Source of the DNA: Eledone cirrhosa
Taxonomy: Eukaryota
Direction: 5' to 3'
Length of the DNA stretch: 64,000 nt
Assembly: GCA_964016885.1 (NCBI GenBank)
Contig: OZ024740.1
Location: 85,002,001 to 85,066,000 of the forward strand
Shown here: positions 15,332 to 28,192 of the stretch, piece by piece
Layout of the letters: each line of letters begins with the position of its first letter
Numbering within the stretch: position 1 is the first letter of the stretch
The notes under the pieces: model-generated
Told to the model about the DNA's origin: nothing
The model's database searches: none
Seen by the model: only the letters and a program-made list of their open reading frames with translations
Made by a program: the position numbers and the translations under genes

Positions 15332-16599
15332 TCAAACTTTCCATCATAATTTTTATTTAAGAAATTTTTCTTAAGTAATGTTTCAAATATAAGCTTACTA
15401 ATGAAAAGGTTGGGTATTCCATTAGATTCTTCAAATTTTCAAAATTAATTGATACACATAGGTAGTGTATTCCATTAGAAACACATTAACAAAAAGATAA
15501 ACATCTCCTTCTGGCACTTGAGTGCCTTTAGTGAAATTATACAGGCCAGGTCTCTAGTTTAAAGATGACTTTCTCTCTACCTCCTACCATTGGAGGTTTG
15601 AAAAGGATCATGGACACTGCCTTTTCTGTCTTGACAAAGCTGTTAAAAAATAGTGGTAGATGGTAGCCAGAGTAAAGGTTGTTGTTTTGTCTGTTTGATC
15701 GGGACTATACTCAGACATCCAAGTCATGACTAACTATCTTATAATTTTTCTATTTTCATGAATACAATGCTATCCAATGCATTTCTTTTAAGATAATGTG
15801 TAGCTCGAGGGAGATTTAGCTGCTGTTTGTAGTAGGGTCAAGTGATCATGTTGAGACTCCTTTGAATTGCTAAGTAGCAGTAGATCAGGGTAATATAAAT
15901 ATGCAATTATGTTATATCATAGTCATAGAAATATGTCCTGTCTCCTATCCAGCCACAAGGCCTTGAACGTAAAGAAAATGTTAAGTCATTGGACAGTGGC
16001 TAAAGTCATTGGACAGTGGCTATACTGAGATAACTCTTCAAAAGGTGATGGATACTCCATTGGTTTCGATGATCAGCATTTGGTCTGCCCATTGGATTGA
16101 ATCATGAATTAATGTGTAAGTGGTTGAGTATTTCAAAGACGGGTGTATCCTTAATGGAGGATCGGCTGAAAAGTTCATACGCTAGTAAAGATTCTTTCAA
16201 AGATACCAAATGACATTTATTTTTCAACATATTCCCTGGAAAAAAAAAACAACAATGCAGTTATTAAGAGTTGAAATTGGTGATTTCATAGCACTATTAT
16301 CACTAGCCAGAATCAGCATCTCAAGGCAGACTCAGCATACCACAATGTATAATAAAGCTGGGCCTTTGAATTATATGCATTGTCCCATCAGACAGTATTC
16401 CACCTATCCAATTTCACTCCCAAGGTTTGGGTCAACACCTGATGCCACATTGGGGAATCGAATCCGGGACCTTATGATTGCAGACCAAACTTCTTAACCA
16501 CGTAGCCATGTTAAAAGGTTGCGTCCAATAAAAGTTTTATCAATCTTAGACTGAGGTGGATTTGAACACCGATTGCTTTTGCATCCACCACTCAAACAT

Positions 16600-16760
16600 A
16601 AAAAGGTTGGCTGAAAAGTTCACAGGCTGACCAAGATACTCTCATGGAATGACCAAATGAGGTTTATTTTTCAAGAAAAGTTGAAATTAATGCATGCAAG
16701 ATTTCACCGCTCTAGCATCAATTCTTCATAGCCTATGAACTTCTCAGCTGGCCCTTGTAG
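16600..16760. mobile_element. Mariner-derived MITE (related at 16155-16290 and 58275-58472)
   Basis: Inverted termini GGCTGAAAAGTTCA(C/T)AGGCT / AGCCTATGAACTT(C/T)TCAG. Confidence 0.65.
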
Positions 16761-17721
16761 GCCTTGGTTATAACAATATTTAACCAGTGTCAAATGTTAT
16801 GTCAGAATCCTTTCAGTTCCTCCCTTGGTAGTAGTGGTGGCTGTTTAGATACCGCCCTCACCTCCTTTTCCCAGACCATGGTTACCAAGGTTACTGTAAT
16901 ACTGTACAGTATATTGGTTTCACAAGCAAGTTTTATTATTTTTTCATCTTTCTCTTGTTTGTAAATAATGTGCTGACTGTTTTGACATATTTATTTGGTA
17001 AATTTCAGGTCAAATGACTCTTGTAAATAAAAATATAGGTTACTTTCTAAGCTTTGATTTGTTAATCAATCTTCACAACTGAATTTGCCAAGCTGCCACT
17101 TCTAATCCTACCACCCTCAAGCACCCAGCAGCTTATTTACCTATCTCTTTATATATTTATTGCTTTTTTATTTGATATATATATATATAATATATATATA
17201 CACACATGCACACATTTATTTATTATATATATGTTTATTCATATGGCTTTATTTATCTCCAGTACATCATATCCCTGCTTCTTGTCTCGTAAAAAGCGAC
17301 TAAAAGGGTTAGTTTAGTGTTTGAAAAGGCATCTAGCTGTAAAGCATTACTTCAAAAATTCCTGTCTAACCCATGTTAGCAATGATGATGATATATTTGT
17401 TTATATATATATATGTGTGTGTGTGTATATATATCATCATCATCATCATCATCGTTTAACGTCTATCTTCACGCTAGCATGGATTTATATATATATATGA
17501 AAAAATTCAGGACCCCCGATACAAACTGAAGCGCCAGTCCAGATCTAGCTGTCGAAATGGCTTGAGCTCTGGTGGGTTATAGTCCACCTGGTTTTTATCA
17601 CACCCTATCTGATATATATATATAAAAGGTAAACAGAAATAACAACATAAATGGTACAGTATGTGGAAGGAATATATTAGTTTAATGCTTATATATATAT
17701 ATATACACACAGACACACACA

Positions 17722-17824
17722 CGGTGGTCCAAATGTCACTAGGCCATTTTGAAACAACTTTTTACAATTAATTTACAAAAAAGGGTTAATATATTTTGAA
17801 ATGGTCCGACTTCTAGGCTGCCCT
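17722..17824. mobile_element. Small Tc1/mariner-type MITE; related inverted half copy at 21725-21790
   Basis: GGTGGTCCAAATGTCACTAGGCCATTTTGAAA with a degenerate inverted end. Confidence 0.5.
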
Positions 17825-18946
17825 AACCTGACAAAGACTAAGGTCCTTGTAAGTAGACGAGAAAACAGAACCCAGATCCCCTCAGGAAAATGGCCTTGCT
17901 CAGTATGTAGGAAAGGTGTAGGCAGGAACTCCATTCTCTGCCCCAAATGCAAACAATGGGTACACAAGAGATGTAGCAGGATCTCAGGAAGCTTAACTAA
18001 GAATGTAGGCTTCACATGTAGTAGCTGTGCTGGGACAGCAATCACCAAACAGCCATAGGAAACAAGTACCACCAATCTCTGGGAGGGCTCTGTAGAAACA
18101 GGTGAAGTGGGTGTTCAGAAAGTACAATAACTAGGGTAAGAATGGGATGGATGAAGTTCAGGGAGCTACTGCCACTGCTAGCTGCAAAAGGCTTTTCCCT
18201 CAAAATGAAAGGCAGACTGTATGATGCATGTATACGAACAGCAATGTTACATTTAGTGAGACCTGGGTGCTGAATGTGCAAGACTTGCGTAGATTAGAAA
18301 GAAACGAAGCCTGCATGCTCCGATGGATGTGTAATAGTAATATACACGAACGGCAAAGCATAAATAAATTGAGAGAGAGACTGAGCATAAGAGATATCAA
18401 ATGCTGTGTGCAGGAGAGGTGGTTGCGTTGGTATGGACATGTGATGCGTATGAAGGATGACAGCTGCATAAAAAGGTGCAGAGCACTAGAAGGCAATGGA
18501 AACCGCGGAGTGGGGAGACCCAAGAAGACCTGGGATGAGGTGATAAAAGCCGACCTTACCCAATTACACCTCTCAAAGGCAATGACACATGACCGTGACC
18601 TCTGGCATCACACAGTAATACAGAAGACCCGATCCCCCACGGGTACAAGCTGAAGCTTATAGACAATATGCCCTCCCACTGCAAAGTGGTTGTGGAGGTG
18701 CCATGGCAAAAAAGCACCCAGCCCACACTGTAAAGTGGACATGTAGGCGCCACGGAAAAAAAGCACCCAGCACTCACTGTAAATGAGGTTGGTGTTAGGA
18801 AGGGCATTCAGCTGTAGAAATCGAGCCAGAATCAGTTCCCATATGAGCAAGACAAGGTCAGCCGACCGGACACTGACCACAACAGGACAACCCGTCTAAC
18901 CCATGCTAGCGTGGAAGAACGGACGTAAAACGGTGATGATGATGAT
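17825..18946 (+). mobile_element. RTE-B LINE, 5'-truncated and decayed copy
   Basis: ORFs 17801-18058 (PHD-like finger) and 18228-18653 match the C-terminus of the 51609-54617 ORF. The 3' UTR and (GAT)n tail are present. Confidence 0.93.
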
Positions 18947-18949
18947 ATA

Positions 18950-19668
18950 TGAGTTGCATTTCCACATGACTTTCAGCTTTCCCATGGCAGAAGTGGCCAG
19001 AGCGAGTCTTGCCAGTATCTTATTTTGAGATCTGCTATCTTTTTGGTGAGAGTGGATCCTAAGTACTCGAAGGTATCCACTTCTTCAAATCCTCTTCTGT
19101 TCAGCATGATGTTGGTTGCAGATCTCAAAAGAAGATACTGACAAGACTTGCCCTGCCCACTTCTATCATGGGAAAGCTAAATATCATGTGGAAAAGCAAC
19201 TCCATCAGTTTTCCAATGAATCTCAAACTGTACAAGTCCTTGGAGACTCGATCCTTTTCTATGGGTGTGAGAGTTGGAATCTCGCAGCTGACATGGAAAG
19301 AAGAATCCAGTCATTTAGTACGAGTGCTTCGGAAGGATGCTACACATCCCATACATTGAGTACAAAACAAGCAGCTTTGTTAGGCAGCAAGTATACTAGC
19401 TGGCAGGAAACACTTCTAGCGATGGTGAAAAGACAAGCTTGCCTGGAATGGTCATGTATCCTGCCACAACTCCTTGTCCAAAACCAGGCCACAGTCAAGG
19501 GAGGGTGAAGAAGAGACAAACAAAATCCTGGCTCGACAACAACAGACTGGACTGGTCACAACACTGAGACCCTGCTATGCATGATGAAGACTAGACCAGT
19601 GGCGACTACTGACTGCAAAAGTGTTTAGAGTGGCACCCCAATGACTGGCTGCACGAGTTGCGGGAACA
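18950..19668 (+). mobile_element. Old RTE fragment with inverted 5' segment
   Basis: Peptides ILFYGCESWNL and MGKLNIMWKSNSISF. 18950-19036 is the reverse complement of 19118-19203. Same family as 62125-62740. Confidence 0.75.
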
Positions 19669-19805
19669 TGATATATATATATATAGGTATATGAAGTATT
19701 TCCGTAGGAAGGGTAAAGGAAAGGAGTGCTCTATGTATACTACGGAGCTATTTAATTATGTAATAAACAACATAAGACAATTATTCCATTTACCAAAGGT
19801 TTCAC

Positions 19806-20351
19806 GAAGCGGGAGACCATCAATTTCCGACGAGACAGTCGCAAAGGTTGAGGAAAACATGCGTAAAGATCGGCGGATCACTCTGGATGCTCTCTGCATT
19901 TTGGTTCCTGAGGTTTCACGAAGCACCATCCACGGGATTTTAACGGAAAAATTGCGACTGTCTCGTTGGAAATTGATGGTCTCCCGCTCCTTTGTTCGTT
20001 GTGAATTTCAGTACGACCGGCTGTAAACTCTCTACACCATTTACGAACGTTTTTGACATCCATGCACGACTGTCCATACACTTCCGTCAATTGACGATGA
20101 ATTTCAATCGGTTCAACGCCTTTTGCGTTAAAAAACCGAATAACTGCATGAACTTCGCACTTGGCGGTAGCGTTCAACGGGAGCTCCATTCTCAACGGCT
20201 GCAAAGCCAAGATTGAGCATCCCAGCGAAGCGCGCGCATGCTTGTTTGGGAGTGAAGGAAGCACCAGTCATAACAGTGTTGCCAACAGCCGTACAAACAG
20301 TTTCTCTGCATCCCCATCGCTTTGGAGACCTTACTTTTGGGATTGCTCTCG
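19806..20351 (-). mobile_element. Mariner transposon 5' remnant (TIR plus N-terminal HTH of the transposase), rearranged
   Basis: TA-CGAGAGCAATCCCAAAAGTAAGG terminus at 20351. Peptide MELPLNATAKCEVHAVIRFF...EIHRQLTEVYG...VRKWCREF..GR...RSGRPS. The continuation DRRITLDAL...ILTEKL is on the opposite strand at 19806-19953. Confidence 0.9.
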
Positions 20352-20645
20352 TATATATATACATGTGTGTGTGTATGTTTGTATGTATGTCCATGTATGT
20401 GTATATATGTGTGTATATATGTATGTGTGTGTGTGTGTATATATAAATATATATATTTCTATTTACATACTCTTATGTAATTATATGTATTTTGTACACC
20501 AATGTGTTTTTGTGCAAGTTGCGCGCGTGCGTATGTTTGTATCTATGTATACTCATGCATGTATATATGTGTGTGTGTGTGTGTATATATATATGTATAT
20601 ATATGTGTGTGTGTGTGTATATATATACATATAGGTATATGTATA

Positions 20646-21181
20646 CTGGTAACATGTATCCCAGTACAACCTGTCTCATGGTCGGATCGTTGGCGACTAA
20701 GCTGGCAACTCCACCAAGGTTTCTTGGTGAGGAGGGTGACTTTGGACATCCTGCAGGACTAAAAACAAAACCTGTCAAAGGGCAAAGGAGCTCTTAAGAG
20801 TCAATGGCCATCCAAAATCTAGGAGAAGGAAAACTCTGATATAACACCTGCAACCCTGATGGTATCCAATGATGTTGACTTGTTCTTCTTTTTGGTAAAT
20901 ATCATCTTGGTTAAGAGAGTGGGACTGGCTTTGTGCAGTGCCTTTGCTCACTATAAAAGCTTCACGGCACAGGCATTGCTTTATATCTGGAGATCTCTCT
21001 GCACTTGTCGTCACATGGGCCCAGCACTATGTGTCAATAATTGTCACAAGTGTAGTGTTTGTACCAGAGTTTTCAAGTCGCTGGCTGGAGTAAAAAGTCA
21101 CACTCGTTCAGCGCATCTGAAGGGGTTCTCCTACATGGATATAAAGTAGTGGCCGTACTCGAAGACGAGTTGGCAGCCACC
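20646..21181 (+). mobile_element. Short bipartite RTE-derived element (5' UTR-like part plus 3' end with C2H2 finger)
   Basis: CTAGGAGAAGGAAAACTCTGA is an RTE 5'-UTR-like motif. Peptide CSVCTRVFKSLAGVKSHTRSAH. Terminal hairpin GTGGC..ACTCGAAGACGAGT..GCCAC. Flanking ATAGGTATATGTATA on both sides. Confidence 0.5.
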
Positions 21182-21379
21182 ATAGGTATATGTATATATG
21201 TGTGTGTGTGTATATATATATACATATAGGTATATGTATATATATGTGTGTGTGTATATACATATATATACACACACACATATATATATGTATGTGTATA
21301 TGTACGTGTGTGTATGTACGTATGTTTGTGTATGTATGCATGTGAGTATATGTATATATGTGTGTGGTTAGGTGTATAC

Positions 21380-21427
<48 letters not shown>

Positions 21428-21578
21428 TATTTTCCCCATAACCGTACGTTCAACTTCAGTGTGTATATTTTTCCTGTTATTTTATTTTATTTCTTATCTT
21501 TATTTTATTATATTTCAGCCTTGCTTTCAATTGTAATAGCCTTTGTTTTTAAATTCGTATCTTACGTCCATATTAAAT

Positions 21579-21651
21579 TTTCATTCTGATGAGCGATTTC
21601 AGACATCTCTGTTGGGCTCGTCTGTCTTTGTGAAACCTTTGGTAAATGGAA
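21579..21651 (+). ncRNA. Type I hammerhead ribozyme motif (Penelope-like pLTR or retrozyme type)
   Basis: Stem I TTTCATT/AATGGAA; CTGATGA at 21586-21592; stem II GCGA/TTGT plus AGACA/TGTCT; GAAA; short stem III ACC-TTT-GGT; GTA cleavage triplet ending at 21644. Confidence 0.7.
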
Positions 21652-21899
21652 TAATTGTCTTATGTTGTTTATTACATAATTGAATATATATATAGGTATA
21701 CGAGATATCGTTTTCGGTTTCCGTAGTTATTGTAAATTAATTGTAAAAACGTTCTATTTTAAAATGGCCTAGAAACATTTGGGCCACCTTGAGTGTGTAT
21801 GTAAGATCCCACCATACCATTATAGGTTAGGACACCACACTGATTTCACTCTTGTCTAATTAGCATTGATTGGCCATCATTGTACATCTGACCTATCTT

Positions 21900-22400
21900 T
21901 ATTGGTAACATCTACCACTGTTACATACCATCCTTACTACCACTGTTACATACCACCTTTATTACCACTGTTACATACCATACCATTCTAACTACCATCT
22001 ACAATTATTACATACCATCTACTATTACTGTGTACCATACCCTACCACTAGTTACCATCTAATACTATATACCATACTATACCACTCTATAGCTGCCTTC
22101 TACCATTATTATATACCATACCACTATATTTACCATTCACCACTATATATATCATACCACTCTAGCTACCATTTACCACTATATATATCATACCACTCTA
22201 GCTACCATTTACCACTATATATATCATACCACTCTAGCTACCATTTACCACTACTACATACACACAAATCATCAACTACCGTCTGTAATCATTCTGAACT
22301 ACCCACCCCCATAACATACCAGTATTATCATCTCACCTTCATCTACCTCCTATTGCAACTCCCTACCACTATTACATACAACACCACTGTCATGTACCTC
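21900..22400. repeat. Degenerate low-complexity minisatellite including three 36-bp units
   Basis: CCACTATATATATCATACCACTCTAGCTACCATTTA x3 at about 22140-22250 within CCACTA/TACCA-rich DNA. Confidence 0.8.
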
Positions 22401-23339
22401 TCATTGTAACTGTTATAGTTATATACTAGTGAAGGTATGTGGCTTAGTGGTTAGGGTGTTCGACTCTTGTAAGGTTGTAAGTTCGATTCCTGGTGGTGTA
22501 TTGGGTTCTAGAGAAACACACTTTATTTCACATTGCTCCAGTCCACCACGAGTTGTACCTGTGGTTCCAAAAGCCAGCCTTGTGACACATTGTATCATCC
22601 TGAATCTCCCTGAGAACTATTTTAAGGGTACCCGTGTCTATGGAATACTCAGCCATTTGCATGGTAATTTCTTGTGCAGGCTGCTCCACTGTTCATACAA
22701 CTAGAACATTCGTCATCAGAACAGACAGGAGGTTCAACACAGAAAACATGATATACCACACCTCTGCCTTACCCCCTGTTGCTACATTCAACACAACCTT
22801 GAATTACCCCCTTTTACCGGCATCTTGGACTGTTTGGACTGTTATCCTGTTATCATCTCAGCTTGACTTATCTTCTCCTCTACCACTGTAACATACCACT
22901 CTGACCTACCCCCTACTACCTACCATTGTAACATACTATCCTGACCTACCCCTACTCTGACTCCCTACCACTATTACATATACAGCTGTTGTGTATCTTT
23001 ATTATTTACTACCCTTCTGACCTACCAACAGGGGAGGTAATAAAGATTTACTGTAAGTAGGCACTCTATCCATCCCTTGTTCTCAGCTTTCTGTTTGCTC
23101 CTACTGCTGGGTTAAGTAAGGTAATGTAGCAAGTTTGTTACAGGAATACTTATTAACAATGCAGCTTTGCTTTAATTCTATCATTTAAAAGTTAGATTTA
23201 AAAAGTGCCAGAGCATTGGTATATAAAACTTTAAAGGAGACACCATGATAATTCTTCTTGGAGTTGTAGGAACAGTAAACACTTTTAGTACAAAACCACC
23301 TGAAACTGCCCTGTGCTCTACAATACCAAGTTGTTTTGA

Positions 23340-23917
23340 TAGAAAGAAAGGATTTCAATAAAAAATAAGATGAAAAAAATATTTATGAAAAATGACAATA
23401 ATTGTCATTCACTTCTTGGTCCCAGACGACAGGATGGAGAATACATTGCTCTGGAGGATGGCGAGTAGATGCATTGGAACAGTGATTCCACCTCATGGGC
23501 CTTGCATCTGCAGGCAGCCAACTCCGCTCCAATAGCAGTGAGCAGGGATGTGGACCAGGGGCTTAGAATGCCGGAAGTCTCCACGACCACAGGCTCCACC
23601 ACAAACCTATCAGAGAGCGACTGATATTTGGACAGTTTTCCCTCTTTGACCTGATATTTTCCCAGTTTTCCCTCTTAGCCAAATGCATCAGGTTGCCACT
23701 AGAAAGCGTGTCACAGCATGTAGCATCACAAATGTGGAATGGGAAGATTATCATGCTGTCTAACGTTTTACCATTCCCTCGGTCCAGCCTGCGCCATCCA
23801 GGCCATGCTTTATGATCTCGTTGAAAGCAGCGACCAGCACTATAATGGCACAACAGTGGGTTGAGACCAAAAGAATCTGCAGTGGCATTTGTGAGGCTCG
23901 CAGATCTGGAGGCTAGA
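23340..23917 (-). mobile_element. CRE-like (RLE) non-LTR retrotransposon 3' fragment inserted in a TTAA-type MITE
   Basis: Peptides LDRGNGKTLDSMIIFPFH and VVETSGILSPWSTSLLTAIGAELA match the 40587-41186 ORF. Confidence 0.8.
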
Positions 23918-25081
23918 TTTTAAAGTATTTATATTTATCTAAAAGCTTTGCATTATAATTGTATCTAAGAATGTTTGTTCCAAACACTAGAAAGAATTAT
24001 ATTACCAAATCCCTCCTAATTCGTGATTATTTTCACAATTTAAAAATTATAGCCAGTATTTCTCATTAGAAATATGGTAACAAGAGGGTTAATCATTCAA
24101 TGGCTGGATTCAATTAATTCTGTCCTCCACATCTTGTTCTCCTAGTTATCACTGTATTATGTTGTGTTGTAGCAGTCATTTTTGGTAAACTTCTCTTCAG
24201 ACTCCATTTTGTAGCAACAGTAGTAGAATTGAAAAATTGATTGTAGTGGAGCTGACTAAAAAGGTTTAATGCAGAATTGCTGCTATCTATGACTTTCCTT
24301 CATCTCACAAGTTTATATACATCAAGTGCTTAGACCATTTTCCCTGTTATCTCACATAATATTGAATCTATGAGATTTTGATGTTATTTATTTTGAGAAC
24401 AATACCTTAACATAAGTATGAAGGGCCAGTTAAGGCCAGTTTGAATAGAAAGAGATGAGAAAATTCTGGCCAGATACAGCCGGTTTAAATGCTAAAAGGT
24501 TTAAGTAAGGGTTATCTTTACAGGCCCCTTGATAGTCTTCATTCTCACCATGGGGTTGTTTTAGAGGCAATGTTTAACAGTTGGATGCCCTTCCTGGCAC
24601 CTACTCTTTTATGTATCAGGAAAAGCTTATAGGATTTTAGAAATCTGTATTTTAGTGTTGTATGTTCTCCATCACCAAATATAGTGGTATAAAGCTAGCC
24701 ATGTGTAATTAACTAAATGGAGCATTAACAACACATGAGACAGAATGTGTAAATACAATCAGGCCAAACCTGATCAGACTTGCATTATTTATTCATAAAG
24801 TAGTGCTCATGTTTTCTCAATGGTCCAGAAAGGTAATTGAATCCTGACAGTGCTTTTAACAAAAGCTGAAACTAATCAATTAAGTTGACTTGATCTTTAC
24901 CCTGCTTGCTGGGACTCCATGGTTAAATCACAAAATTTAACAATAGTGTGCTATTTTCATAGCTAGATTTAAAATGCATTTAAACATTTTTTTATTTTTT
25001 TTATTAAACTTAAAAATATGGTTTATAACTTTGTTTATGAATTCAATTTATGTAACCAATGCTTCAGTTACAAAATATATA

Positions 25082-25182
25082 CAGGGTGTCTCCAAAAAAT
25101 GTATACACACTTTGATTACTTGTACAGGCAATATTTATTAGAATGTTGTTGAAGTGTGTATATATGTTTTGGAGACACCCTG
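25082..25182. mobile_element. 101-bp Tc1/mariner-type MITE
   Basis: ~30-bp TIRs CAGGGTGTCTCCAAAA..ATACACACTT with TA on both sides. Confidence 0.88.
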
Positions 25183-25664
25183 TATATAGATAGCGAGTCC
25201 AAGGCAGAGAGGCAGTGCCCTATAGCTTCTGCAAGCCCTCACTGACTGGAGAAGTTGTAGTTGATATTCAGATATCATGAAACTAGTGTGAAGCACCATC
25301 TTTTAACAACTTCATAAGAGTAACTTGTGACTTTTTGTTTCTTCATTTTTAGCAGTATATATAACTGGTGTTTCTATCTTTCAATTGTTTTCCACCTTGC
25401 TCATTAACTTCTTATCTGGCTTGATCTAATATATGGTTTCTATGTCTTTGTGTGTGGGTGTGTATTGTGTGTCTGTGTGTCTTGTATGTGTGTTGTGAAA
25501 TGTTATGCATTGTGTTGCATTGTTGTGTATGTATGTGTATATGTGTTGTGTAGTTATGCTATAAGCCCTTTACATTGCCATCTATTCAGTTCCTGTGATA
25601 TTCTCCTCTATCATCTCTGTGTCTTCTCTCTAAAACAGTGAAATATTCCACTCGATATGATACC

Positions 25665-26186
25665 ACTAAAGCATCGGTAGAGTGTCACACACCATGCTTT
25701 GCAACATAGAGTTATGGCCCTTTACGTTCTGAGTTCAAATCCCGCTGAGATTAACTTCGCCTTTCATCCTTACCGGTTCGATATAATAAAGTACCAGCAA
25801 AAAGCACTGGGATAATTGCTGGCCTTGTGCCAAAAGTAGAAACAATTATAATTATCTCAGACATTTGAATGAAACAGGTAAATGAGAATTGGAGGAAGTG
25901 GTGGAACATTTATTCAAAAACCAGAATTAGACGTTTAGTTTACATATTGAAACCCGAACCCATTATATTTATTTTATAACGGTGGTGAATATAATAGGGT
26001 GGTGAATTGGCAGTATTGGTAGAGGGTCAGACACCATGCTTTCTAGCATAGTTATGTCCCTGTATGATCTGAGTTCAAATCCCGCCGAGGTTAACTTTGC
26101 CTTTCATCCTTACGGGGTCGATAAAATAAAGTACCAGTAATGTACTGGGTAATTGCTGGCCTTGTGCCAAAAAGTAGAAACAATTA
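25665..26186 (+). mobile_element. Two neighbouring tRNA-derived Nin-domain-type SINEs
   Basis: B-box GAGTTCAAATCCC followed by GAGGTTAACTTTGCCTTTCATCCTTACGGGGTCGATAAAATAAAGTACCAG. Further copies near 26520-26660(-), 31930-32045, 38020-38190(-), 48146-48425(-) and 61900-62070(-). Confidence 0.8.
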
Positions 26187-27730
26187 TATTTATTTTATAA
26201 TGTTTGGGATTTCTAGTAATGTACTTATTCAAGACCAGGAAATAACCCCCCCCCCCCCCATCTCCAAATCACAACATATATTCAGGGCTTACACTCAACC
26301 ACCACACTACTTGGAAGTCTAACACAGTAAATACATGATGACTTCCAACATCTAATAACTTCCTACATGTATGTATGTATGTATGTATGGTCCCGTAACT
26401 CTTGATAGTCGTAAGGGTGCCGTATTGACATACAGCATTTCTTGAGTATTTTTTAAGTCTGGCAAAGCCGATCTCTCTCCAGATTTCTTCCAAAGAAAGA
26501 TAGAAAGTGAGAGAGGAAAGGAGAAAGATATAGAGGAAGAATTGACTCTAGTACTTGACGGGTACTTTATTTTTATCAACCTCAAAATTCGAGAGCAGAG
26601 AGCTGGAACGAATACTATAAAGCATTCTGTCCGATGTTCTAACAATTCTGCCAATTTGCTGCTTGAACTTCCTGCATATATGCTTCTAAATGCCATCAAC
26701 ACCAGCAAGGATTTCAAATACATTTCTCTCTACTCTACTCTCTGCTCTTAGAAAAATAGTACTTAGCAGCACCACCTTAAGAAACACTACAAAACATTGG
26801 GGAGCAGACGGTCTGTCAGGTTGCCAAACTCATGAATTGTATACCACTATTTAAATCCTATTTAAGTCACCTAGAAACCTGGTTCCATAACCACAGAACC
26901 CTACCAAATCCACTGGCTCTCTTCTTATCAGTAATACCAGAGATTATCAAATGAAACCAACCACGACATGAAGCAGTGTAAATATACCACACACAAGATG
27001 AAAATGCTAGCAGTTTTATATACAACTCCTCCATAATATAAAAAAACACACACAAGATAGTAAAGAAAACAAAATATACAATCATCACAGGTTCCACATT
27101 TGGTCAATAGCAATGGTGTACATCATCATCATCATCATCATCACCATTGAATGTCCATTTTTCCAGGCTAGCATGGGTTAGACGAGTTATCCTGTTGTGA
27201 CACAAGCCAGATCAGATGACTGTCTTGCTCATACAGAACTGATTCTGGCTTGATTTCTACTGCTGGATGTCCTTTCGCCCCTAACACCAACATTTACTGT
27301 GTGGACTGGGTGCTTTGTACTGTGTCACCAACACAACCACTTTATCGTGTGACCTGGGAGCCTTTTATCATGGCACAATATGATATATTATACCCTCATT
27401 ATTTGATCTAGCATTGGTGTATAAACAATACATTAGATCCCTCATTATTTGGTCAATAGCAATTGTGTACATACATTATATCCCTCATCATTTTCAACTA
27501 TTCCATTTTCTATCCAGGCTTTCAATTTTTCCTCCACAAAATATAAAGAACATAACACAGTGTACTACACATCATAGCAGATTGTGTACACATAACATAT
27601 ACACAGACCATCTACACAAAGCAGGTTGTATACATAACACTCCTACAGACCATCTACAGTGTAATGAAACTATTAAAAGCAGAAAGCCATCTGGACATGT
27701 GAGGGGCACAGTTTATTTCCACTGCAAATG

Positions 27731-28192
27731 ACTGTATATACTTGAATATAAGCCAAGATATATGTGACCAAAAAATTGATGGGAAGGTGGGTAGCTTATA
27801 TTTGAGGCCAATATTTCACCAACTTCAAAATTCTACGTAAATAGGTATTAAAATATTTTCGTTTTGGAGGTGAATATTTTACTGGTTTCACTGTTGACAT
27901 GAAATTCATATTTCCTATTTTCTATTGTTTTTGAAGGAATATGGCCTTCAAAACAGTCAGAAATTGGTAAAAAGTCATTATGTAATGGAGTTGTTAATTA
28001 AAGACTATATTCTAAATGACATTTAAAACATTTTAAATATCAAAACTTCATAAATATATTCTCCACTCAAAATTTCAAAACTGCACCTTCTAAACATAAT
28101 GTGTTGATTTACCTGCCTCGGCTTCTACACAGGGTTTTTGTCTATTTCTCAGACATAAAATAGAGGTTCAGTTTATATTTGAGTATCTACAG
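27731..28192. mobile_element. Tc2/pogo-like non-autonomous DNA transposon, uninterrupted copy
   Basis: Termini CTGTATATACTTGAATATAAGC / GTTTATATTTGAGTATCTACAG. Colinear with 42668-44122 once its insertions are removed. Confidence 0.75.

Noticed and set aside
19954-20189. SETMAR-like host gene
   Set aside because: It is only an N-terminal transposase fragment next to a TIR, with no SET domain or exon structure.
20859-21149. C2H2 zinc-finger gene
   Set aside because: There is a single finger with no TGEKP linkers, followed directly by a LINE-type 3' hairpin. It is better explained as an RTE C-terminus.
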